DNA of 61,761 nucleotides, the filler included, from Aduncisulcus paluster (taxonomy: Eukaryota), in the NCBI GenBank assembly GCA_024181965.1. It is 5 parts of 5 records of this genome, joined end to end, with 100 filler letters (N's around TTAATTAATTAA, not from the genome) between each part and the next. Parts side by side here need not be neighbours in the genome. Positions count along the whole stretch, not along the records: positions 1,202 to 22,784 come from BQXS01010790.1; positions 22,885 to 37,494 come from BQXS01010792.1; 3 more parts are not named here. One strand, written 5' to 3'. This document shows positions 10,704 to 22,885 of this stretch, piece by piece; position 1 is the stretch's first letter; each line of letters starts with the position of its first letter. The notes below the pieces were generated by a model. That model did no database searches, was not told the origin of the DNA, and saw nothing but the letters and a program-made list of their open reading frames with translations. Made by a program: the position numbers and the translations under genes.

Positions 10704-13700
10704 TCATATGCTCATAATAGATCCACGGTAACCTCCATACTTAACAAGCTGAGTCTTCACAATATCATCAATGGATGGACATTTCCACCCTTCTCCAATC
10801 TCTGGCAGTAAATGTTTGATGCTTTGCACTTTCTCACGAGCTTCATGTACACTCATACGTTTGTCAACATCAATTTGAGTTAAACCTGTGAAAACTTCAT
10901 TCAAACATTCATGAACAGGTTGGAATTTACCTCCTTCAATGGTCTTCAAAGATCTAAACAAGGGAGATTGACTAAGTTTTGGAGCCAGATTCTTTTCCAT
11001 TAGAACCATTAATATTCCTATAATCTTTAAATCAATCCTATCTTCAATGGGTTCTCTAACAACTTCTCTGAAGTTGGGCAATGAAACAAAAGGATGTTCA
11101 CATATGAATAAAGCGAGAATCGACATTCCAAGAGAATATCCATCACTCTTCTGAGTTTGAGTTCCAGCTAAAAATGTTTCGTAAGAATTGTACACAAGAG
11201 TTCCACATATGGAGGCTTTTTGTTTCGAGGTTTCCTTTTTTTCTTTCTTTTCAAACTCAATGGGTTGAATCAAACCTGATTTGGTAGTTGTTGAAGATGA
11301 TATGGAATCTAAGATCTGGGCCAATCCAAGATCAGAGAGAACAACAGTGCATTCTCTATGTTTGGGATCAACACGAACAAGGAAGTTGTCAGGTTTAATA
11401 TCTCGATGAGTAAGTTTTGGTTTGGCAGTGAACACATCATCGAGGCACTCAATCATTCCAACACACAAGGCACTCACTTTCACAGGGTTTAATGTCATGG
11501 GATCAAAATGTTTGTGATCGTCACTATCTTCCTCTGAAGAAGAACATTCCTCTTCCTCTTCCTCTCCATCTTGAATACACCATTTCTTGGCAAATGAACT
11601 CACACTGCCTCCAATACAAAATTCCATAAGGAATCCATATTCACCCTTCAAATCTGCAACAAGAAGATCAAGAATATACAAAGGACGAGGGATACGATTG
11701 AAACATTTGGGGTTATTAAATAACTTTCTTTGCACCTTAAATTCCTTGCGACATGTCTTGACAACCTTTTCATCAGCTTTCCGAAGCATCTTCTTCAGAA
11801 CACAAGGAATGGGAATACCTTCAACTTCAACAAGAAGAACTTCACTAAATCCACCATGACCAATGATGCAGTGAGGTGTGATGGAGGAAGAGGAAGTGAG
11901 AGTGAAAGAGTCATGTTTGATAACATTAGAGACATTTTTCTTTCGCTGGGAGTTCTTCCCATCTTTCCCGTCCGATTCTTCTGAGGGAGTTTCTGATCCG
12001 CTATCATGAAGCGAACCAGGGAAGAAAGAAAGAAATTTTTCAATTCTTTCCTCAAACCTTTCCAACAATACTTTATGCATATATGTCGATTTCTTGATCT
12101 TTTCTTCACATTCAATCGTTGAAAGCCATGCATGGGCCTCTCGAGCTGAATTTAGATATGCACTAATAAATTCAGGTTTATCTAACAGAGAAATATACTC
12201 TTCAGATTTTAGTTGCATTCCAAGGTAATCAAACATTTCGAAGATAGCGATCAATAATTTGATATTTTCACAATGTTTAGAAATGTCATAGCTCGAATAT
12301 GAGAATGAATGCTCACTTTTTGAGGAAATAAAATACATACATTTGAAAAATCTATCCAATTTCTCTCCAATCTGCTCTAGGGTCATATTCCCAGAATGGA
12401 ACATATTCTGCAATGTCTTCAAAAAACGTTGAAATATCCGAATAATTCTCGTAATTTCAAGTGGTCCATCAGAATAATGGAGTTCACGAAGAATTACACC
12501 TCTCCATTCATCCTCAGCAACAAAATTGCCCAATCCTTTCTCTTTCTTGTATCGATTCACCACAGCCTGAACTCCTGGATATGTAAGGTCGCATCCAACA
12601 CCGAGGAACATAATCGTATTCATCGGTTTCCTCAACGATTCAAGGAAATGATCAAAGTTCCTCCTCAATTCCGTTATAACATTTTTATCGGCTATTTTAA
12701 AACTTTTAGAAGGATAAAATGGCATTCCATTGTGACCATTGAGTGTAACTGAGAACCGTTGATCTTTTGACTCACTTTCAGTTGGACCCACATTAATATA
12801 TTCCATGCAATATTTTGACAATTTCATTTCACTTGGATATTCCTTATATTCATCATATTCTGAGCCAGAAATGAGAATATTTCTCCATTTTGACACGTAC
12901 AAATCACTCTCAACAACCATCTCTTCTTCGTTTATAAAAACATCGTCTCCCATTAATATTAGTTCGTCCACATTGATGTATTCCAGAAGCTTTGTTAAAC
13001 TCGATATTTGCTCACCCATCGCATACGGGAACAGCTTTTCATCTTGTTGGGGAAGATGGATTCCAACCACGGTGACGCTTCCTATTTTTAGACTTGACAT
13101 CTGAGTGAATCCTTTCTTTTTGGTGCTCTCATGGAAAATATCCCAAAATTGCTGGAAATGACAACTATGCTCAAAAGTCACAGATCTTATATTCGGGGCA
13201 AACATCCAAACTGAGTCATCTCTATCGGGCAGTTCAGGCAAAGGTCCCCAAATTCCATATCCTCCAAGAAATCTTTTATCTAGACTTGAATCCCCATCTC
13301 CATCTGCAGGTCTCAATAGAGTGACAAATGTTTCATATGCAGATTTATCCAATAGGGAGAGATTTGAAAGAGTGATGTGCTTAATCACAGAGTCACATAA
13401 CGGTTGAAGAGAGTGAGTCTTGGATTGTGATGTTATTCCTCCCCTTGGTCGCTTCCTCCTCGATCCAGTAAAGAAACAGCTCAGAAGAGGTGTATAGAAC
13501 GAGGAAGATAGTGAAATGTGGGGGACCATATGACGACAATTCTCAAAAAGTATATAAATAGATTCAAGAACTGCATATATCGGTTCGAGAATAAGAAGAT
13601 ATCTTTTTTTAGGAATAGGTTCAGAAATATCATCAACATGTAAAAAATGAATCAAATGCTCAAAATACCAAACAGATGAATACTCATTTGTAAAACAATA

Positions 13701-16700
13701 CGAGAAATTAGAAATATCAGGCAAAGAACTCGGATCTTTGCCTCTTTCTTCATGGAGAATCAACAGGGAGCATAATTGCAAATATCCAACAAGTTCAGAA
13801 ATAAAATGAATTAATACAGCAAATTTACGAGCTTTATGATAAAAAAACTTTCTAAACTCGGTTTGAGGACAAATTGAGTCCCTACACATGGCTTTCACAG
13901 CACAACTTAAAGCTAAGAGGATATTTTGCAGACAAATATCAAGTGTTGGAAATGGGGATTTTTTCTGCTCAATCAAGCATGCAAAATATTGTCGTATTTT
14001 GATTATTGATCTGTATTGAATAGCATGGTCCAAATTCGTATCGCTTGTCGAGAATGTGGACAACTTATAGAAATTACTCACACTATCATCAAATCTCTTG
14101 AATAACCCAGAAAGAGATACGGAACCAGCTTGAGAAAAAGAAGAAACCCTTTCAAGTGGGGATCGAATCAGGGCTAAGAAATCAACTTCACTCACTTTAG
14201 TTTGGACTTTCTCACCCTCAAATTGTTCTATTTTATCAAGATTCTCAAAATTCTGGAAAATACGAGTTCCCACGGCTTGTCTCTGTGTCTCCAACGACCT
14301 CAAAATGATACTTGGATATGCATATGCAGAAATACCACACTCTCGAAAGTCGACCAAATCCTTCTTTCCTCGAGTTAATCTCTGATAGAGAATATATGGA
14401 GCAATCAAACAACTAGATCTTGACAAAATACCTCCATCTTGAGAATATTTGAATAAATTTGGATTATTCCTCAAAGATAGTCTATTAATAACCATTGGAA
14501 TCTCATCAAATCCTTTAATAAGTCCCAACGCAGCAAAATGATTGAGTTTGTTTTTTGTCAGAAAAATGACATATCCAATATTATCATCCTTTGAAAGAAG
14601 TTTCTTCAAAGAAACAATCAATTTAAACATTGTATTGACATATTTACCATCCTTGTCATTAAACTCTGTTGGGTATTTAATAGCTCCAGAGCCTGATTTC
14701 TTTGTTGAAATGCTATCATATTTTTGAGAATATCTGTATAATCGTTGTATTTTTGCAGATTCCACACGTCCTTCAATATTATTCATATCAAGTTTCAAAG
14801 AGATATAATTGACTTCCTTCTTCTTTTTTGCAGGAATGGGATTGGCTTGAATTCTATCCAATATCACAAAGAGATGGAAATCATCCATTTCAGCATCTTG
14901 AATACATATGTCGTTCACACAACAATATCTGAACATCACACAGAGACTTAGAACAGAGAGTTTATGGGTTGAAGCATCATCTTCATCCCAAGTGACTCCT
15001 TTCCTTTCCTCGTCAAAAGAATAGAACTTTACATCCTTCTTCTCCTTTTTATCTTTGGAGAATGACGGTTTCTTAATTCCAATCACAGGCATCGTATCGT
15101 TTAACATAATAATGAGATAGAATAAAATGGAAAGAAGAACAGAAATTTCAAGCATATTCTTGGCGATTGTCTGGGTTACAAAGAGATAATCTCCAGGTGA
15201 TATTGAGGGCAAAGGTCCAACCTTGGATGGGTCCGAATGGTAGAAGTCAAATAAAACGGACATCAGGCCAGGATCGTTTGCAGTAGATTGGGTATTTCCG
15301 CTCAAACTAAGAAGACTGTTCACAATATCTCTGACTGAAGAGTTAAATGTGCTCGATCTTTGAATTCTTTGTCCGATACCACGAATGATGGTATCTTGTG
15401 ATTCAAGATCATAAAAACAACGGACAAGTTGATAACGGGGTAAATTGGGAGAAATTTGCATGAAAATTCCAGTGTGAAGGTGGGAAATAGAATCAAACTT
15501 CTGCAAACGTTGAACAAATTCACGAAGAGAAGATATCTTGTTACTTTTTACAGTAGGAGGTTGACATAATAATCGAGATAATTGATAGAAATTCTGAGGG
15601 TATTCATCTTCGGAGGCTAATTCCATTCCTTTTCCCAAAATAAGTCTTGTAGGATTTGAGAAAGTAAGAGTGGATAAAAATAGATGAGGCAAATCTGTAA
15701 TTTTTGATCTCAAATTTTTAGGAATTTCTGCCTTACTGTCAAAAGATTGTCGAAGAACTCCTTCTCTAATACGAGAATGTAAACAACTCATTTGCCACAA
15801 AGCTTGTATTGGGAATCGACAATCATGAGAAAAGAAAGCAGAAATCCAAAACACATTGACAAACACTTCCCAGAATTCAGCATTGAAGAAGGAAGATTTT
15901 GAAGAGTCTTTCAAACATACATTCCTGATATCAGTGCCAGTCCCCTGCACAAACAACCCATTAGAATCCATCCCACACTCTGAAGCACTAATGTTCGATG
16001 GAAGAATAACTTTTGGAAGTTTAGATTGCTGGAATAACAAAGAATGGAAATACCCTACGATCCTATCTACAAACAGAGCTTTATCACTGGATGATTCCAT
16101 TGCTATTCGAACAAGATTATTCTCAGAAAGTTTCTCAATCCACATATCATGAAGAGGTTTTGCATCTCCCAGAGTCCATCCCCTAACAATATGACATCTA
16201 AACAATCGAGTCAAAATCTTTGGTAAATTTGAGGAATAATAAGCGATGAGAGGAATTCTTTCAAGCACATCTGGACTAACCAATCGAAGTGAATCCATAA
16301 ATTCTTTAACAGGAGATGGACTTGTGAACAAGTCAGAAAATTCACACAAAAATTGAAAGGCCTTTTCATTCTCTTTTATCTTTGTTGATGGTTTAGTTCT
16401 ATACGCTACAATCTCAAAGGATGGAATCTTGTTTTGTTTTCTAAATAATTTTCTTTCATCTGTGGACAATGAAACCTTTGAATCTGGATATGCCAAAGAT
16501 ATCTCAGGATTCTTTCTGAAATCCCAACATTTAAGAACCTCGGTCCATCGTTTATCATGTAAAATCCCTCCTAGTGTAAACTTGGCCTTTTTCCATTCCA
16601 ATTGAATATCACAGAGTACAGACGCTCTCTCATATAATGGACTTTTGATCCACGTTCTAATCTCATTGAGGGAATAAGATTTCATCAATTCAGAGGCTCC

Positions 16701-19521
16701 TGATAATACTTGCGCCTGTTTCGAACTCTGGGGGGCAGGAGGAGATTGATCATAAATAGAAGAGGTAAGCTCAGGGTTAATTGATAGAATAGTTCGCTTT
16801 TTAACTGAATTCGCATCCACGGAACCAATGTGAGATTCACTATCAAGATTTCGTGAAACCCTCACAGAATCGACATGATCGAAATTACACTTATGAATCA
16901 AATATATAATAACTTGTGTCGATAAACATTCAAATGAATAATGTCCATATTTGAGAGAATATGCAAGAATAGTGAGAGCATCTGGGGAGTGGAACAAAGC
17001 CGTCATAAGAGAATGACCAGTACCAACAAAACAGAATTTGTGGGAGAAATGATGCAAGAATCGGAATAATTTGTTAGGGTCATCGATAATTGCCTGTAAT
17101 CGCTTTCTATGCTCATCAATTCTTCTTTCGGAATCTTGAGGGTATTCAATTATAGATTTTTTTAAGATATATTCAATACATTCAACCAAATAAGCTCCCC
17201 CTGGGATAGAAACAAGTGGTACTGGACATATAGTCGGTATTGTCTCCCTCCCTTCAGCAACAGCATAGCATTCTTCAAGGTCAGATATAATGCCATCCCT
17301 GAATCGTTCATTGGATTTCCTCTCGGCCTCTCTCTTCGCTTCTTTCAACCCATTACAATGCTTCTTGATATATCCCATCTGAGGTTCTTCTGGTACCTTC
17401 TCAAGATGTGGAATCTCTTTATCACAATACCTCGTCCAGCACCTTGTATAATAATCTGTACATGAGAGGAATATATCGTGGGATACAGCTTCATAATCCA
17501 CTTCGGCGATGACTGGTTCTTCACTTTCTTCCCCTGGATCGAGGGGAAAAGATCCTTTCGTCAATATCAAGGGTTCATATAAGTTATCCCACATCCTCTT
17601 CTCTCTTATTTTCATTGAAGCCTGGTCAGCAACATCTACTTCGGCATAAAATCTATAATTAACCTCGTCTAAAGGATACAATATTGAGAATACAGCTATT
17701 TCAACACTTGGGAAATAAGACTGTCGAGGCATGCGTTTTGTATCCTCATTGATATTAATGATCAGAGGTGATGGTTGGAAGCTCCTTCTTGATGGGTATG
17801 GTTGGACATGGACCTCATTGAGAAGGTCATTCACAGCAAGAATATCAGCACAGAGTCTAGAGTAAAAACACATTGCGCAAGACCACATCTCTACAATATC
17901 TTGATGAGACTCGAAATATGGAAAATAAACAGGGGTCAAATAAAACTTTAAACCTTTGGGAACACCGTTCTCACTAAAAGTATGTGATTGGACGGCGTAA
18001 TCCTCACTGATAAATCTAGAAGGCTGACTTTTCTCGCTCTTCTGGGTTGCAGTTTTAATGGGACGATGTTTTAATAGCCATAAAAACCCCAAATCCTCAA
18101 GAGAAATATCAGTCACTTTAAATATATCAGTGATGCCCTTTCTTTTCTTGAGTATTCTTCTCTTTGTATCATTCCACATTAAACCAGTGATTCCATCCAT
18201 CTTTCCGATACCTGAGCCATCCCAGTATGGATCAGCTTCGGCCATCATCCTTGCCATCCGAACCTTGAACATCTTGAAGAGGACAGAAAGGAAGCAAATA
18301 AGATGCTCCTGTTTTAAAACTTTTGATTTTTTGAGACATTCGTGTGAGACTGGCATGAAGAGAGGTGGTAGAATATAGAAGAAAGGGAAAGGACAGGAAG
18401 GTCTCTTTGGACAAGGAGATTGATCACCATCCATTGAAAAAGCAATGTACTCGTTGATATATTGCAGATGATCCCAATTCGCAGAAAGGATACCAAGCAA
18501 ACACTCCCTAATGGACCCATAGGCAACGGAACGGGAATGGGTCGAAAACACTTGATCGAGAGCTGCATAATCAGTGTGAATAAGCTCGGAATAAGGAACT
18601 TCTTCCAATGGAGATCCACAAATAGCATATCTACGGTTTCTGTACATTGTACATTGTTCCGGAATAAGAACCAATCCAAGATGATCCAGTCCTTCTTCTT
18701 TCGCATTAGGTATCTTCACCTCCTCAAACATTGAAAAATATGGGTATTTCGGTAGAAATGTTGATGGATGGGGAAAAGGGGCAGGCATTGGCACAAGATG
18801 ATTAATATCCTGATCGTAGAATGGCATTTCTGAGCCGACCATACCATTATGTCTTCCTCTCAAGAAGTCAAAATGTTTAGTTTTAGCAAACATGTGAATA
18901 AAACTTTTTTCGGTAATATGTGAGGACCAAATCTCAATGGGGGCCATAATTTGTGTCACTAAATGATGATCTTGTTTTTCAGCTGGAAAATACTGTTGAA
19001 ATTCAGTTATATAACCATATTCCGCATTAAATGAATGTATAGCATGTGCATTGTATATTGTAGGTCTTTGCATGATTACAGAAACGTCGCCACTAGGGAT
19101 TTGAGTCAAATCCCATTTCTTTTGAAGTAAAGAATCAATTAATGATTGAAATCCGGGAAATATACCCGTTAAATCTTCTAAAGTTTCTTTAATTTTCTCA
19201 TGATCCTTATGGGTGCCAACACAACAAACCATTAATAATTGACATATTTGGGCGATGTGATATTGGCGATAAAAACTTCCAGAATAAATCTTACTATCCT
19301 TAGATTCAGCAAAATAATCTGGTATAGAACGAATACCATTCGCAGAGTTGAATTGTAGTACTTTCGATAATAGTATTAGGGATTTCTTTTTTTCAAGCTT
19401 TTCAATAGTAATATCTGGAGGATTATAACAAAAATTTAAGATCGCTCTATTCAATTTCTGCATAAGTTCCATCAACCGTCGTTCAGAAAAGGTGGTGATT
19501 GTTTGTCCAACCCTCAGCACA
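10704..19521 (-). CDS. Giant (~2940 aa) protein with a C-terminal Ser/Thr kinase domain (~11870-10830); 5' end uncertain
   Basis: Kinase motifs GHGGFSEV, VLKK, HRDIKPDN, SDLG (DFG variant), GTLVYNSYE and SDGYSLG. The ORF opens right after a polypyrimidine/AG acceptor at 19522; a candidate donor GTAAGG lies at 19656. Confidence 0.85.
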
Positions 19522-19691
19522 CTTGAAAGAAGAATTAAAAACTAATAATAAATGATTCAAGGAAAAAGTAAATAAAAATAATAATGATCTTTTATTTCAA
19601 TACAAAATATGAATAGAGCCGGAAATATTTAAATTGTGTGTGATTAGAGGCCTTACCCGTTAGTAGAGAGCTGAAACAACGCGTATACTCA

Positions 19692-21370
19692 AATGTGGCA
19701 GACCGTTACCTTGCTACCGCTGAGGATTTGTTTATCCCAGCAAGAGGAGTCCCCCAAGGCAACCCCCTGAGTCCTCTTGAGTTCTCCTATGGCATAAATG
19801 ACCCCCTGAAGGAGGCTGGCAAGCTGGTAGGTAACTGGAAGTACAAAGGCAGCTGGAAACACGAGGATACAGAGCACAAGTTTGAGTTAAACATCCCGAA
19901 AGTCACTGCATACCTGGACGACATTGCTGTTACTGCGTCTTCCCTCGAGGAACTCCACGAAGTCTTCACCCTCCTGCGGGAAAGGATGGCAGACATCGGT
20001 CTCCACTTCAATCCGGAAAAATGCAAGGTCCTGCATCTGCACAAGTATGGCCCGGCAGCACCAAGGCAGCTGGAAGGAGCGAAGTTTGTCACATGTGCCA
20101 AGCTGATGGGAGTATGGATCAGTGAAACGGATGAGGAAGCGGATGAGATGATGCAGAAGTTGTTTGAGCAGAACCTCAAAGAAACCAAGAAGCTCAAGAA
20201 AATGCTGGGCCTGGAACATTTCTATGTATACCTCAGGAACTCTATTCTCAAAAGAGAGGCATATGCAAGGGAGAACACACCGGTGAACTGGGAGGAAGTG
20301 AAGAAGCATGACGCGGAGTATAGTACAATCATTGCAGAAGCGTTTGAATTACACAATTTGCCGAAGTCTCAGATTCCCCTGGCCGTCAATCAAGGAGGTT
20401 TGGTTTGCAGCGTTCCATCTCAACACACAGTGGCGGGCACCAGGAGAGCGGTGCGACGAGTTCTCCTGAACAAACAGGGCTGGATAAAAGGATCAGTGCC
20501 TGCATTCCTGATGACCATCGATGATAAGGCGAGACAACAGATGAAGTCCTTGAGAGAGCGCCTGGAACTTGACTTGGAAACAACCAAGAAGTCAATCACC
20601 AAATCAGTCGAAGCGATAGCCGAAGGTCTCAGGAAAAACCAAGCTGCCTTGAGAAAGGACACAGAGGAAACTTTGACGGCCATCATGGAGAGTGAACATG
20701 CGACGGACGAACAGAAAGAATCGGCGAAAACCCAATTGATCACTCTGAGAGGTAACGCGACGAAAAGGAATGTGATGAACTATCTGCTGCTCAAACACCC
20801 TTTTGTGGGAGACAGGACGGAGCCAGTGACAGCAGAAAGGTGGGCAGTTTTCCTTAGTGGTCTGGCTTCCCATTTTGGTACCAAGATATCCGGAACACCT
20901 GACAGCTCAACATTGACGGAACATGTCCAAACTGTGGAAAAGAGGTCGAAAACAACAAGAAGGATCATTTTAGAAACTGTAAATGGTCAGCCAAAGGAAG
21001 ACAAGTCGGGCATGATGCAATGGTGAGATGTGTCAAAGAAAGTCTCAGGAAGGTGAAAGGATTGAAAGTGGCGGCTGAGAGCAACTTCTATACCAAAAAC
21101 ATGGGATACAAGCCAGACGTGTTAGTATATGCTCCAGATGAGTCAACCGGTGTCCAGGGTATTGATGTGGTGATACGGGACATGGCGTACACTCGATCAA
21201 GCCAAATCAGCATCACAAGGAGAGCCGAAGCAGAAAAGATGAAGAAGAAGCAGGAGAAAGGAATCGCTAGAGCAATCGAACAGGGTGTCAACCCGAGTGT
21301 AACCATCCAATCCCAGTTAGAAACAGTATTCTACACCACTTCAGATAAAGGCTACTGCCACCAATCAACA
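19692..21370 (+). mobile_element. 5'-truncated R2/CRE-like non-LTR retrotransposon: partial RT, CCHC knuckle, restriction-like endonuclease; one frameshift near 20900
   Basis: RT motifs GVPQGNPLSP, YLDD, GLHFNPEKC and LMGV. In the next frame (20903-21019): CPNC-x10-H-x3-C and HDAMV, then the RLE motif KPDVL..IDVVI..AEAEK. Confidence 0.85.
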
Positions 21371-22784
21371 CCCTCACCCCCCCCTCCAATTCTGCTGACT
21401 CCACCCGCCCTCATCTCTGGCCCAAACCCCAGTGTTGCTTCAACGTCAACCCCCCACAATACCCAAACACCAAAGAAAAGGGGAAGAAAGAAGAAACGGA
21501 TAAGATGTGACTTATCACAAGAAGACATTGAAACAACACAATCCAAAAACCGGCCCACCAGGAATAAGCTCCCCTCCATCATTGAGCAGAAGGATAAAGA
21601 AAACTCCAAATTCCTCAAAACAGCAAGGAAAAGGCGAAAACCCAAACCTCCCTTGCAGGAAATCTTAGAGGATAAGCCTGCTGAAGAGATGGCCGCGATG
21701 ATCCCGATCCCCCCCTCCGTTCCTAGGAATATTCGATCATTTTCCCGTGGTGTAATACCTGTTTCAAAACGCCGGACAATCTCCGTATCCCCGGATTTGG
21801 TCCAAACCTCAGACCAAGAGACAGAACCGACAACCCCTTCAAAGAAACGATCTCTTGCTCTTCTTGACTTCTCAAATGCCTTCAACAGTGTGTCCGTGGA
21901 GGCAGTTTTGGCAGCTGTTAACCGTCTCAAAGTCTCATCCACAATTAAAAATGCTTTGCTAACTTATCTGCAGAGCATTCAAATCGTTCATGATGGTAAG
22001 GCCTTTGCCCTGTTGCGTGGTCTTTGCCAAGGTGATGCTCTTTCCTCGTTACTCTTTGCCGTCATTATCCATCATCTTGTTGAGAAGCTTCATAAGGATT
22101 GGGGTATGTTGAAGCTAAAAACCAACGAGAGTGTGGAGGATTCCCCAACTATTGTGGAATTGCCACGCACGACATCTTATTTGGACGACATTTCTGTCAT
22201 TGTGGACTCAGAAGATGACTATAAAAAGCTTCTCAGTTTTGTTGAAGTGAATGCCATACAGTTTGGTCTTGAGCTTAATGCTGACAAGTCCAAATGTCTC
22301 CCACTTCACAAAACCCCCGGCGTTGAGCACATTGTTAAATTTATGGGAATCTCGCTGTCCAATTGTGACAAACTGATGCGCAGGGCAGCTAAAGATGAAC
22401 TGAATGATATCCATGCTAATGCCATCAAGGGCAAGAAAGGCTTTGACCTCCAGAACTTCCTTGAAGTAATGAGGACGGTCGTTCTTCCCAGATACTCTCA
22501 TCAAGTCTTGTTCGCCCCTGTGAAGGAGAGCTTCCTTAAGAATCTTGATAAAGGAATAGCCTCTCTTTTCAAGGACATGATTGAAATACCTGTGGTCTCT
22601 ACCACCAGGATGTCCTTACCTTTCAAACATGCTGGCCTCAATATGAAGCTGCCTGGTGCTGACTTGCTCAGGATCAGATTGATTGGTCTGGCTCACTTCA
22701 TCAATGACACAAGACACATCTTCCCCCAGGGTGCAGGGGCCTTCTTGAAGGATGTTGCAGAAGACTCTCCTTATTTCCTTCGTG
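21371..22784 (+). mobile_element. Second non-LTR retrotransposon fragment (basic N-terminal region plus internally deleted RT), running off the contig
   Basis: LLDFSNAFNSV, RGLCQGDALSSLLF, YLDD, GLELNADKS, FMGI and LPFKHAGL. The N-terminal RT blocks are missing between EPTTPSKKRS and LALLDF. Left boundary approximate. Confidence 0.8.
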
Positions 22785-22884
22785 NNNNNNNNNNNNNNNN
22801 NNNNNNNNNNNNNNNNNNNNNNNNNNNNTTAATTAATTAANNNNNNNNNNNNNNNNNNNNNNNNNNNNNNNNNNNNNNNNNNNN
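22785..22884. other. Artificial contig linker
   Basis: 44 N + TTAATTAATTAA + 44 N. Confidence 0.98.
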
Positions 22885-22885
22885 G

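Noticed and set aside
10698-10706. Alternative genetic code or TGA readthrough
   Set aside because: TGA terminates well-conserved genes here (V-ATPase C, Kish). TAA and TAG also end genes at expected positions, so the code is standard and local decay is more likely.
21020-22784. Novel retroelement with endonuclease upstream of RT
   Set aside because: The RLE belongs to the upstream element (it follows that element's CCHC knuckle), and the downstream RT is internally deleted. An in-frame fusion of fragments is the simpler explanation.
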